61,195 nt of DNA, taken from a virus (lineage: Duplodnaviria > Caudoviricetes). This document shows, one piece after another, positions 41,832-50,419 of this stretch. A program made the position numbers and the translations under genes. Numbering within the stretch: the stretch's first letter is position 1; each line of letters opens with the position of its first letter. The stretch is taken from the IMG/VR virus record IMGVR_UViG_3300029448_000030, positions 1-61,195 of that record. The stretch is one strand, 5' to 3'. The notes under the pieces were generated by a model, which was not told where the DNA came from, searched no databases, and worked only from the letters and a program-made list of their open reading frames with translations.

Positions 41832-44618
41832 TTATTGTACTCTATTTATAATAGCCGCGTATGTACCTTGAGTTATACTACTTCCAACAAAATTAACTGT
41901 TATATTAGCACTTGATCTGCTAACATCAGCATATACTGTTCTACCATCAGAAACTCTTTGAACTTCACAACTAACATATATAGCGTCTGAAGCACCAGTT
42001 ATTGTATCTGTTGCTATTACCCAACCTTCTGTTCCACTTGGTGGAGAACCTTGTTGAGTTACGCCTGTTGTACTTGTATTTAAAGTAATATAAGCACCAC
42101 TAGCAGCTGATTGCATTAAGTTTCCTACAGATACTTTTTTGTTAGTATCAGCAGTTTTATCCCAAATTACTATCTCATCATCTGATGCTGGAGCTGCAGA
42201 TAAATCAGTTTGCCCATTAATATCTAAACCAACTACAACAGCGCCCGTCGTTGGACTAACATGTATACCTTTTTTATCACCAGTTGTTGATGCTGCTACC
42301 GAAGTTACTGCACCAGTTGTATCTGTCCATGGGACATTAACTACTAATTGGTCACTTGAATTTTTAGTAACACCATAAGTTCTACTAGCGGTTACTGATT
42401 GTGCGTTAGCCGCAGGTGTAGAACCTAGAGCATATCTAATTTTACCTAAACCTAATAATGATGTAGTCATTGCTGAATACGTGGTATTATCATTAGGTAA
42501 TGTTATTGCCATTATGTATGGATCACTTGTAGTACCTGAACCAGTTACATTTGTTCCAGCTGTTCCAGTTGATGCAGTGAATTGAACAAATTTATTATTA
42601 CTAACACTTTTATCATCATCGTCATCATCTCTTAAAGTCCAAGTAGTAGCCTCTGTTGTATCACTCCATGGTACGTTAACAACTAGTTGATCAGATGAAT
42701 TCATTTGTATACCATAAGTTCTACTAGCAGTAGTCGTTACCGAGTTAGCTGCTGTAGTTTGTTCTGTGTCATCTTCTAATTTCACACCACCTAAAACACT
42801 ACTTGTAGCAGTTGGTAAAGTATATGATGATGTATATGATGGAACATCCCACGTATTGTCTTTACTTAAGAATCTTGTACCTGTATTTGAAGTTCCGTCA
42901 ACAGCACTTAAATCAGCGTCAAGTTCTACAGCACCAGTTGTTGCAGTTGTTGGCGTCATTGTTAAGTATGTTGAGCTAGCACTATCAGCTTTAAAACTAT
43001 TTACAACCACACCTTGAGAAACAACAATCCAATCAGTTTTTGCTGAATTACCTGCAGTCGCTGCAGTTTTACATATTACTGAATCACCATCATCTAGTGG
43101 TATTGCTGAATCACCATAGAAATCACCAGCAGTTGTACATACATACATATCTCCTATTGCGATTGCTACTCTTGAACCACCTGATGTAAGATTACCACCT
43201 CCATCAATTGAACCATCACTAGCGTTAAATCCATCTTTAAATGTTACACCGCCAGCAGCTAAAGCATCAACATAACCTTTAGTTGTTAATGTACCAGAAA
43301 CATCTCCTGATACTGTTGCAGCGGTTTGTGCTTTACCTGAAGCAATATTTAAAGCAGCATCTCCAGAACCTGAAATTGTTAAAGAAGTTGCTAATGTTAC
43401 AGCTGCAGGTAAACCAATTGTAATATCACCACCATCTCCAGTTGCAGGAGTTGTAATTTCAACTTCATTAGTAGTACCTGAGAATTTAGCAGTAGTGTTA
43501 CTACCACCTCCGGAACCAGTTAATGTTAATGTAGATTCATTTGATGATACTGCGCCTACACTTAAAGCGTAAGTATAGTTGTCATTATTATCAGTCCATG
43601 GTACATTTACTACAAGTTGATCACTACCATTTTCAGTAATACCGTATGTTCTGCTAGCTGTAGTAGTTTGAGATTCTGCAGCTGGAGTACTTCCTTGAGA
43701 ATATCTTAATTTACCTAAACCTAACGTAGAAGTTGTCATTGCGGAATAAGTAGTATTTGTATCACTCCAAGGAACGTTTACTACTAATTGATCACTACTA
43801 TTAGCTTGTACACCATATGTCCTAGAAGCTGTAGCACTTACACTATTTGCGGCTACGTCTTGCTGTGTATCAGAAAATAACTTACCAAGACCTAAAGCAG
43901 ATGATGTCATCATACTATATGTAGTGTTACTATCAGTCCAAGGGACATTAACTAACATTTGATCACTAGAATTTAATTGTACCTTATATGATCTACTAGC
44001 TGTTGTTGTTACAGTCTCACCCGCTGTTGTTTGTGTAGAATCACTACCTAGTTTTACTAAACCAAGTGCAGAGGATGTAGCTGTGCTATAAGTTGTATTA
44101 GTGTCTGTCCAAGGAACATTAACCACTGCTTGGTCACTACTATTTAATTGTATGCCGTATGTTCTACTTGCGGTTGAGGTTACTGCGTTTGCCGCTGTAC
44201 CTTGTTCAGTATTATCTTCTAATTTTATCAATCCAAGACCAGTAGCTGTTGCAACACTATAAGTTGTATTTGGAGAAGTTATAGTCATTACAAAAGGATC
44301 ACCAGTAGAACCAGCACCTGAAACGTTTGTTCCTGCGGTTCCTGTAGCAGACACAAACTTGACATATAAGCCATTTGATACTGTTACGTCATCACCATCA
44401 TCGTCTCTTAAATACCAGTTAGTCATTGTTCCAGCAGAACCATCCATTGATCTCCATGCTGATCCATTCCAGAAGTACATTGTTTTATCACCACCATCGC
44501 TATCAAAATACATTTGACCTTCTACAGGTGTTCCTGGAGCAGCTGTTAATGATTCTATTGCCGGTGCGATTATTTGATTTTGATTAAAATCTACCGAATT
44601 TAAAAATTCTATTGCCAT
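41832..44618 (-). CDS. Fibre protein with six ~57-aa repeats
   Basis: Repeat TY..T...LG..KL.......TASRTYG...NSSDQLVVNVPW[TS]D, six copies. Confidence 0.75.
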   Translation of the reverse strand: MAIEFLNSVDFNQNQIIAPAIESLTAAPGTPVEGQMYFDSDGGDKTMYFWNGSAWRSMDGSAGTMTNWYLRDDDGDDVTVSNGLYVKFVSATGTAGTNVSGAGSTGDPFVMTITSPNTTYSVATATGLGLIKLEDNTEQGTAANAVTSTASRTYGIQLNSSDQAVVNVPWTDTNTTYSTATSSALGLVKLGSDSTQTTAGETVTTTASRSYKVQLNSSDQMLVNVPWTDSNTTYSMMTSSALGLGKLFSDTQQDVAANSVSATASRTYGVQANSSDQLVVNVPWSDTNTTYSAMTTSTLGLGKLRYSQGSTPAAESQTTTASRTYGITENGSDQLVVNVPWTDNNDNYTYALSVGAVSSNESTLTLTGSGGGSNTTAKFSGTTNEVEITTPATGDGGDITIGLPAAVTLATSLTISGSGDAALNIASGKAQTAATVSGDVSGTLTTKGYVDALAAGGVTFKDGFNASDGSIDGGGNLTSGGSRVAIAIGDMYVCTTAGDFYGDSAIPLDDGDSVICKTAATAGNSAKTDWIVVSQGVVVNSFKADSASSTYLTMTPTTATTGAVELDADLSAVDGTSNTGTRFLSKDNTWDVPSYTSSYTLPTATSSVLGGVKLEDDTEQTTAANSVTTTASRTYGIQMNSSDQLVVNVPWSDTTEATTWTLRDDDDDDKSVSNNKFVQFTASTGTAGTNVTGSGTTSDPYIMAITLPNDNTTYSAMTTSLLGLGKIRYALGSTPAANAQSVTASRTYGVTKNSSDQLVVNVPWTDTTGAVTSVAASTTGDKKGIHVSPTTGAVVVGLDINGQTDLSAAPASDDEIVIWDKTADTNKKVSVGNLMQSAASGAYITLNTSTTGVTQQGSPPSGTEGWVIATDTITGASDAIYVSCEVQRVSDGRTVYADVSRSSANITVNFVGSSITQGTYAAIINRVQ

Positions 44619-44626
44619 TTTTTGTG

Positions 44627-45325
44627 TTAGTTTAAGTATGCTTTTCCGGCAAATCCACCAGAAAACGTTATTGTTAGTTGATTAGCGCTATCATAAGTTA
44701 CCGCGCCAAACCCTGATGTATCAGCAGTATCTACTACTGAAACTGAGGGGAATTTATTTAAGTTGTGTGTTATTACCCAAGATGCTGAAGGTACACCTTG
44801 CGTAAACACAAAAGTTTTATCTTCAGAGTCACTAATATCAAAATGAATTAGTGTATATTGTTGTTCGTCTACTATAGTACCATTTCCACCTATATATGTT
44901 AAACCACCTTTATAATAAAGAGGGTTCGTGTCAACAGCGTAAGTATTTAATGTGTAGTGACCAAATTGACTTATTTGATTTCCTTGTCCTATTAAAATAT
45001 TTTTTGTTTTTATATAATCTAAAAATGCTACTACATTCTGTCCATTAAGCTCGGTTACAGATAAAAAAATATTACTTAAAGTATTAAAACCTGCACCTGC
45101 TCCACCACTACCTTCTTTAGAAATAGTACCTGGTCCTCCTTTTTCAGTATCAGACCATTTAAATGACATTTGACCACCAATATTTACTTTAGCATTTATA
45201 TTTAAATACTCAGCAACTGCCTTAGCAGTATATTGTTTAGTCCTCCTGTTCGATGCTTCTGTTCCTATCCAAGCATCGTTGTCTTTAACAACTGCATCGT
45301 ACGGATATGAATTGATTCTTGCCAT
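44627..45325 (-). CDS. Putative structural/fibre protein
   Basis: C-terminal module F.Q..PSASWVITHNLNKFPSVSVVD...FAGKAYLN. Confidence 0.6.
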   Translation of the reverse strand: MARINSYPYDAVVKDNDAWIGTEASNRRTKQYTAKAVAEYLNINAKVNIGGQMSFKWSDTEKGGPGTISKEGSGGAGAGFNTLSNIFLSVTELNGQNVVAFLDYIKTKNILIGQGNQISQFGHYTLNTYAVDTNPLYYKGGLTYIGGNGTIVDEQQYTLIHFDISDSEDKTFVFTQGVPSASWVITHNLNKFPSVSVVDTADTSGFGAVTYDSANQLTITFSGGFAGKAYLN

Positions 45326-45335
45326 TTTTTATTTT

Positions 45336-45794
45336 TTATGAGTATATTCTAACCTCTAAAGAACCTCCAGTTATTTTTGCATCAGCACTAGCTGTCAATG
45401 TTATTACACTTGTACTAGTTCTAGCCCATCTAATCACTGTACCGTCGTTATTACCACCATTCAAAAACACTTGTACTTTGTCAGCTGTAAAAGGCGTACC
45501 AGAATTAGTTACAGTATATACACCAGAACCTGTTCTTGCCCATGTCATGGTTCCTGCAATTGTATTTTGTAGCTGAGTAGCAACCGGAGCGTTGGTTCCA
45601 GTCTGTGTTAATAACGCGGAATACAGTGTGTAACCTAAAGTTCCTACAGATTTAGCTATATCTGCAACTTGTTGTATTGTAAAGTTCCTTGTTTTATTAG
45701 TATCTCCTTCAACATTAGGATCAGCGACTTCAGTACCTAATAATAGATCACTTGCCTCTGCTGTCCCCAGCGGATATGTGCTTATATCTGACAT
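45336..45794 (-). CDS. Putative structural/fibre protein
   Basis: YSALLTQTGTNAP...WARTGSGVY...LEVRIY; N-terminus similar to that of 44627-45325. Confidence 0.6.
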   Translation of the reverse strand: MSDISTYPLGTAEASDLLLGTEVADPNVEGDTNKTRNFTIQQVADIAKSVGTLGYTLYSALLTQTGTNAPVATQLQNTIAGTMTWARTGSGVYTVTNSGTPFTADKVQVFLNGGNNDGTVIRWARTSTSVITLTASADAKITGGSLEVRIYS

Positions 45795-45810
45795 TATTTA
45801 GTTTTTTTAA

Positions 45811-46053
45811 TTATTTTTTCTTTGGTTTGGTACCTTTTCCGTAATTTCCTCTATTTTGAGATACTTTTACAAATCTTTTTTTAGTATGATCGTAATCTTT
45901 GTCCAATAACCAGTTTATACCACGTTTTTTAGCAGCATCACGTCTTTTTCGCTGATTTTCAGCCTTTTTTTTCCTTCTATCTGGGGTTTTGGCTGCGGCA
46001 AGGTCTCTTTTTGCTTTAGCTTTTCTAGCTTTAGGACTTAGTTTTTGTGGCAT
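45811..46053 (-). CDS. Small very basic protein with degenerate HNH-like C-terminus
   Basis: Lys/Arg-rich; KDYDH......NRG. Confidence 0.5.
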   Translation of the reverse strand: MPQKLSPKARKAKAKRDLAAAKTPDRRKKKAENQRKRRDAAKKRGINWLLDKDYDHTKKRFVKVSQNRGNYGKGTKPKKK

Positions 46054-46054
46054 T

Positions 46055-46369
46055 CTACAAATCTTTCAAGTGTTCTGGATTATAACCAGCTCCTCTTGCA
46101 ACAAATTTCATGAAATTCTTAACTTTTTCCTTAAACGTAGGATTTGGGTTAGTACCTTTTGGTAATACTGGAGGTTTTACTCCTTTTACCAAAGTTGAAT
46201 CATTAAAACTTGGATTATATCTAGGTTTCGAAGCATCATATTTATCTCTTACTTTTTTATCTGCTAAAGCGTCTTGCTTTGGTTTTACGTTTTTTGCATA
46301 CCATTTCTCATATGCTGCATTTGCTAACGAATCTACGTTGACTTCTTTTTGTTTTAATGGATGTTTCAT
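46055..46369 (-). CDS. Hypothetical protein with N-terminal HPLKQ
   Basis: 104-aa ORF. Confidence 0.65.
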   Translation of the reverse strand: MKHPLKQKEVNVDSLANAAYEKWYAKNVKPKQDALADKKVRDKYDASKPRYNPSFNDSTLVKGVKPPVLPKGTNPNPTFKEKVKNFMKFVARGAGYNPEHLKDL

Positions 46370-46674
46370 TTTTTCATGTTTTTTATAATTGGACCAAAAT
46401 CTTTAGAATAGTTTAAGAGATAGTCAATAGTTTCTTTACTTGGCCCCATTTTTTTCTTAGATAGTAATTGCTTAGTTGTGTTAAAAAACGTCCCACCCAA
46501 TTTACTAATTAATTTAACTCCTCTGCCAATAGGTAAAAGCGAAGCTGCAAACCCAGCTGCTTTAGCTTGAGATTTTCTAAAAGTCTTTTTTTCTGATGAA
46601 GTTAAATTCTGTATGTTTTTATCGTATAACGTAGTATTGAATTTAGCATCTTGTTTAAGAGGAGATTTTTTCAT
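46366..46674 (-). CDS. Hypothetical protein with N-terminal SPLKQ
   Basis: 102 aa; first gene after the class II motif at 46701. Confidence 0.65.
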   Translation of the reverse strand: MKKSPLKQDAKFNTTLYDKNIQNLTSSEKKTFRKSQAKAAGFAASLLPIGRGVKLISKLGGTFFNTTKQLLSKKKMGPSKETIDYLLNYSKDFGPIIKNMKK

Positions 46675-46700
46675 AACTTATCTTGTTTTGTACCTATATA

Positions 46701-46729
46701 TATCCTTACAGATTAATCGAGAAATTTAC
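46701..46729 (-). promoter_or_regulatory. Class II promoter-like motif at the head of the late region
   Basis: GTAAA-N15-GTAAGGATA. Confidence 0.65.
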
Positions 46730-46974
46730 ATATTGTGACACAGCTAGTTACTAATTATACTATATATAGATATTATACCTAGTATAATATCATAAGGGAG
46801 GTTACTTATAGAGGGATATGGGGTTACTACCTATTTTTTGACTTAGCTTTTTTTTAGGAAAGTCGTTTTGTTTTTGCCGGGTTGCCCTTGTTTTAAGAGA
46901 TTTGCAATCACGCTTTTAGCTTGACCTTGTAATACCGTACAGGTTTTTAGCTTTTTTTGTAGTGCTATGCAAGT

Positions 46975-47006
46975 CACGGACTTACGAGTAATATGATATG
47001 ATGGAA
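46975..47006 (+). promoter_or_regulatory. Class I motif with degenerate downstream box
   Basis: CACGGACTT-N16-GATGGAA. Confidence 0.45.
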
Positions 47007-47010
47007 TCGT

Positions 47011-47042
47011 CACGGAGTTATGTCTATATTATATAGATACTA
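47011..47042 (+). promoter_or_regulatory. Class I (early) promoter-like motif
   Basis: CACGGAGTT-N16-GATACTA. Confidence 0.7.
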
Positions 47043-47068
47043 TATATGAATTTAAAAAATAATATAAT

Positions 47069-47314
47069 ATGAAAAACACAAAAGTAAATGTATTACAAAC
47101 AAAAAGATTTGTGATACGTAAAAGTCTAATCGGCAAGAATACTGTAATCGTATTCACTAATCACAAGAATGAAGAATGTAAGTACAATCACGATGTAGTT
47201 TACAATCAATTGAAAGATAAGTTCGAGTCAATGAATTGCTTTCAGAAGTATTCAAGTTATACTAATAGTAAGAATCTACCGAAGTTTGTTAGAGAATTAA
47301 AGTCAATTGTATAA
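47069..47314 (+). CDS. Early protein, paralog A
   Basis: 81 aa; about 58/81 identical to paralog B by manual alignment. Confidence 0.85.
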   Translation: MKNTKVNVLQTKRFVIRKSLIGKNTVIVFTNHKNEECKYNHDVVYNQLKDKFESMNCFQKYSSYTNSKNLPKFVRELKSIV

Positions 47315-47322
47315 TGATAATC

Positions 47323-47352
47323 AAAGAGTCAGTTTCGACTGGCTCTTTTTTT
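47323..47352 (+). terminator. Rho-independent terminator
   Basis: AAAGAGTCAGT-TTCG-ACTGGCTC-TTTTTTT right after the paralog A stop. Confidence 0.85.
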
Positions 47353-47372
47353 ATACCCTTTTAACCGCGAGT

Positions 47373-47382
47373 CACGGACTTA
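47373..47382 (+). promoter_or_regulatory. Isolated class I upstream half-site
   Basis: CACGGACTTA with no GATA box at N16. Confidence 0.45.
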
Positions 47383-47419
47383 CATCTTTTATTTTTTTTT
47401 AACCATTTTTATTGACCTT

Positions 47420-47451
47420 CACGGACTTACGTTATTTTAATGTGGATACTA
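47420..47451 (+). promoter_or_regulatory. Class I promoter-like motif
   Basis: CACGGACTT-N16-GATACTA. Confidence 0.8.
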
Positions 47452-47475
47452 TATTCGAATTTTAAAAATATAAAA

Positions 47476-47718
47476 ATGAAAAACACACAAGTAAAATTAG
47501 TAACAAAGAGATTTGTCATTAGAAAGTCTCTAATTGGTAAAAACACAGTAATAACTTTTACTAATAAAAACAATGAGAAATGCACTTATAATCATGACAT
47601 AGTGTATAATCAACTAAAAGAGAAGTTTGACAATATGCCTTGCTTCAATAAATATGGTAATTATACTAACACTAATAACTTACCAAAGTTTGTTAGAGAT
47701 TTGAAGAAATTAGTATAA
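47476..47718 (+). CDS. Early protein, paralog B
   Basis: Start moved from 47440 to ATG 47476 by alignment with paralog A. Confidence 0.85.
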   Translation: MKNTQVKLVTKRFVIRKSLIGKNTVITFTNKNNEKCTYNHDIVYNQLKEKFDNMPCFNKYGNYTNTNNLPKFVRDLKKLV

Positions 47719-47726
47719 TCAACTAG

Positions 47727-47770
47727 TGACATTAGGCTATTACTATTATATTATTAATAGCCTTTTGTCA
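47727..47770. repeat. Nested inverted repeat (terminator or protein-binding site)
   Basis: TGACA-tt-AGGCTATTA-N12-TAATAGCCT-tt-TGTCA. Confidence 0.7.
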
Positions 47771-47796
47771 TTTTTATATCCTCAGGTCCTCACTAT

Positions 47797-47828
47797 CACG
47801 GACTTACATTATAATTCCTTCGATAATA
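47797..47828 (+). promoter_or_regulatory. Class I promoter-like motif
   Basis: CACGGACTT-N16-GATAATA, followed by a leader hairpin at 47836-47868. Confidence 0.8.
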
Positions 47829-47911
47829 TATATACAGGTTGCACAACTAGAGTTAGTGCATCAGACCTTTTAACCAATTTTAATAACTAAACAAAATAAC
47901 ACCTTTTAACT

Positions 47912-48079
47912 ATGACTAAAAAAATCAATACTAAACACTTTATAACTCAAGAAGATAAAGAGTATATAAAGCACTTATTAATAAATCACATATACGAGCA
48001 ACAACTAGATGGCTCATATTATGAGAGTGAAATACAAAGAACTAGAGAAATGTTAACTAGATTAAAATTAGAATTATGA
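47912..48079 (+). CDS. Small hypothetical early protein, 55 aa
   Basis: Manual ORF MTKKINTKHF...RLKLEL; ATGA overlap with the next gene. Confidence 0.65.
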   Translation: MTKKINTKHFITQEDKEYIKHLLINHIYEQQLDGSYYESEIQRTREMLTRLKLEL

Positions 48080-48315
48080 ACTATGATAAACTAAGTTATT
48101 TACTAGACCAACATACTGAGATACACTATGTGTCTGACTGTGATGTTTTCTTTAATGATAATAACTTAAATATACAAGACTATGAGAATTATAAATTCAT
48201 ACTATTTGAATATACTTCTGATATGGTTGAACTAATTAACTCACTTAAATCTAATAAAATACAATATACTAAAGAGACTGATGAGTGGGGACTAGATTAT
48301 ATATTAATTAAATAA
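48076..48315 (+). CDS. Acidic hypothetical early protein
   Basis: 79-aa ORF. Confidence 0.65.
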   Translation: MNYDKLSYLLDQHTEIHYVSDCDVFFNDNNLNIQDYENYKFILFEYTSDMVELINSLKSNKIQYTKETDEWGLDYILIK

Positions 48316-48325
48316 CACTTAAAAA

Positions 48326-48478
48326 ATGATAAAAGAAATAACATTTAAAATAGATGAAGATAATGATTTATATGAAATCACTATCAATAATGTAAATTAT
48401 ACACTAGATAATGTATATGATTCTCCTTATGGTGAATTATTTGATGAACTAAATATATTAATAGATAAAACACAATAA
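48326..48478 (+). CDS. Small acidic early protein, 50 aa
   Basis: Manual ORF MIKEITFKIDEDNDLYE...IDKTQ. Confidence 0.6.
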   Translation: MIKEITFKIDEDNDLYEITINNVNYTLDNVYDSPYGELFDELNILIDKTQ

Positions 48479-48479
48479 C

Positions 48480-48725
48480 ATGAAAACAACTTTTAGAATT
48501 AAAAATAAAACTACAATGTTTGTTACTACAACTAACGAGCACGACAAAACTACAAGAATAGAATATAAAGGTTATGTAGTTGGTGACTTACCAAACTCAT
48601 TTGGATTCAAAGAAAAATATCTTGGTCAAGACGAAGAAGGCAATGACCAATATAAATATGGTAAATACCAATGGTTTAAATTCAAAGGTTTAACTTGGTT
48701 AGTTGCGCCACCAAAAACGAATTAA
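48480..48725 (+). CDS. Hypothetical early protein
   Basis: 81-aa ORF. Confidence 0.65.
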   Translation: MKTTFRIKNKTTMFVTTTNEHDKTTRIEYKGYVVGDLPNSFGFKEKYLGQDEEGNDQYKYGKYQWFKFKGLTWLVAPPKTN

Positions 48726-48729
48726 TCTA

Positions 48730-48761
48730 CACGGACTTATAAATAAAAACTATAGATAATA
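48730..48761 (+). promoter_or_regulatory. Class I promoter-like motif
   Basis: CACGGACTT-N16-GATAATA, 5 nt before ATG 48767. Confidence 0.8.
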
Positions 48762-48766
48762 TTAAT

Positions 48767-49012
48767 ATGGAAAATTTATATAATAAACTTAAGCCAAATG
48801 TGAAGTTTAAACTTAAGCAGAACAAGGTTAAGTATAAAAACTCAGTAAATTATATTATAGCGAAGTTACACGTCTACACTCGTTATAATGAAATGACAAT
48901 AGACGATATAAGAACTTTAGCCTGTTTTTCAGAAGTAGATATTCATGATTGGACAAGTTACGACTGGAAATGGGGTGAAAAATTAATTGAAGCAGATGAA
49001 AAAGAATCATAA
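48767..49012 (+). CDS. Hypothetical early protein
   Basis: 81-aa ORF. Confidence 0.7.
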   Translation: MENLYNKLKPNVKFKLKQNKVKYKNSVNYIIAKLHVYTRYNEMTIDDIRTLACFSEVDIHDWTSYDWKWGEKLIEADEKES

Positions 49013-49157
49013 AACAATAGTGAAAGTAACAGATTTAATACTCAAAGCGTGGGTATATAGTCTAATGGGATTAACTATTATTGGTATGCTTACATTAATC
49101 TTCGGATTAATTACTGGTGAAGCACAAATACCTAATAGTTTCGGTATATACGGGTAG
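48996..49157 (+). CDS. Small membrane protein, 53 aa
   Basis: Manual ORF with a hydrophobic stretch (AWVYSLMGLTIIGMLTLIFGLI). Confidence 0.6.
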   Translation: MKKNHKTIVKVTDLILKAWVYSLMGLTIIGMLTLIFGLITGEAQIPNSFGIYG

Positions 49158-49295
49158 TAATAATAACAGTATCAACCAGGGAATCCCATGGTGATGAAGC
49201 AATATTACACCTTAGACGTGGATGCGAGTGTGGCATTGTTACTCGACCTAAAAACGTACGAGCACGTCTAAAATATAAGGCCTCTAGAGGCAACA

Positions 49296-49345
49296 GAGCA
49301 TACTACGGTACTAAAGTGCGGGTTCGAATCCCGCTATGCTCTCTA
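49296..49345 (+). ncRNA. Anticodon-less tRNA-like element 1 (50 nt)
   Basis: GAGCATA / CTACGGTACTAAAGT / GCGGG-TTCGAAT-CCCGC / TATGCTC / T-CTA. Confidence 0.7.
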
Positions 49346-49362
49346 ACTTTAAATTAATAACT

Positions 49363-49725
49363 ATGAGCTGGAAAACAGAACAGTATCATCTAGAAAATGC
49401 ATATGCTTTGGCTATGCTTCACGAAGATGGTATCGTAGAAACTACTACGAAAAGACAATGGCGCAATGGTACGCGTCAATTTAAACTACCAACAGGTCAA
49501 ACACTAGCAACCTATAAATCAGGTTATGTACGTAGATGTGACAGTAGCGATAGAATATGGCAACTAAATCACAAGTATAAAAGAAAAGTTAGATGGACTA
49601 TGTTAGATGGTATGAATCTAGTTACAAGAGAATATGATATGTGGGATAGAGCTAAGATCTTTTCAGGTCTAGCTAGATTAAATTTCTTACATAAATACGC
49701 AAAGAAAAATTACTTAAATAAATAA
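49363..49725 (+). CDS. Hypothetical early protein
   Basis: ATG 49363 preferred because the track start at 49336 lies inside the tRNA-like element. Confidence 0.7.
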   Translation: MSWKTEQYHLENAYALAMLHEDGIVETTTKRQWRNGTRQFKLPTGQTLATYKSGYVRRCDSSDRIWQLNHKYKRKVRWTMLDGMNLVTREYDMWDRAKIFSGLARLNFLHKYAKKNYLNK

Positions 49726-49728
49726 ATT

Positions 49729-49956
49729 ATGAAACTAAATGGATTTGAAAACTATATAATTACTGAAGCAGTAAATTATTATAAAGACAAGGCTGAAAAA
49801 GAAGTAGCAAAATTAGAAAAAGCTAAGGGTAAAGATGGTAAAACCTGTTTAATAGCTCCTGGTTATTATACTATGGTATGTAAAGATTTACTATATAAAA
49901 TAGATAGATTAACTTTAGCATCTTATATTAAAGAAAGAAATAATGAAAACAAATAA
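49729..49956 (+). CDS. Hypothetical protein
   Basis: 75-aa ORF. Confidence 0.6.
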   Translation: MKLNGFENYIITEAVNYYKDKAEKEVAKLEKAKGKDGKTCLIAPGYYTMVCKDLLYKIDRLTLASYIKERNNENK

Positions 49957-50146
49957 AGCATTAGATTTAATTAGTAAACTATTAATGTTTGCAGTAGTTT
50001 ATTTTGTAGGTGTATTTACTGCAATGTATTTCTGCTACAAACAACCACTTGATGAGCATTTACTAATACAAAATAGAGAAATTAATTTTCCTGAACAAGA
50101 ATGTTACACTCGTTCAGATATAGAATTGATAGTTTATGGTGAATAA
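49943..50146 (+). CDS. Small membrane-anchored protein
   Basis: N-terminal transmembrane helix. Confidence 0.6.
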   Translation: MKTNKALDLISKLLMFAVVYFVGVFTAMYFCYKQPLDEHLLIQNREINFPEQECYTRSDIELIVYGE

Positions 50147-50152
50147 TATCTA

Positions 50153-50184
50153 CACGGACTTAATAAATTATACTACAGATAATA
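50153..50184 (+). promoter_or_regulatory. Class I promoter-like motif
   Basis: CACGGACTT-N16-GATAATA. Confidence 0.8.
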
Positions 50185-50204
50185 TAAATGTAAAATAAAT
50201 AACT

Positions 50205-50417
50205 ATGGCAAAAATGAAAGAATTAGATCGAGTTGCACAAGTTTGTGCTGAAAATATGTTAGAACAATTATATGAGAATATACATTGGTCTATGCCTGCT
50301 GATGAAAATCTTGAAGGCGATGAATATATGGAAATGCATGACTATATTATGTCAAGAGCATTACATTATATGTCTAAAAAAGTAAGAAAAGAATTAAAAT
50401 TATCAAAAAAGAAATAA
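50205..50417 (+). CDS. Hypothetical protein
   Basis: 70-aa ORF. Confidence 0.65.
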   Translation: MAKMKELDRVAQVCAENMLEQLYENIHWSMPADENLEGDEYMEMHDYIMSRALHYMSKKVRKELKLSKKK

Positions 50418-50419
50418 TT

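Noticed and set aside
4706-46388. Plus-strand ORFs in the late region (e.g. 4706, 7052, 15544, 37067, 37661, 42139, 46110) and minus-strand ORFs at 52008, 53808, 54083, 54567, 58827
   Set aside because: They are antisense shadows of well-supported genes, with no motifs or start context.
49337-49348. boxA-like antitermination site TGCTCTCTAACT
   Set aside because: It is a single imperfect match, explained by the acceptor stem and CTA end of tRNA-like element 1.
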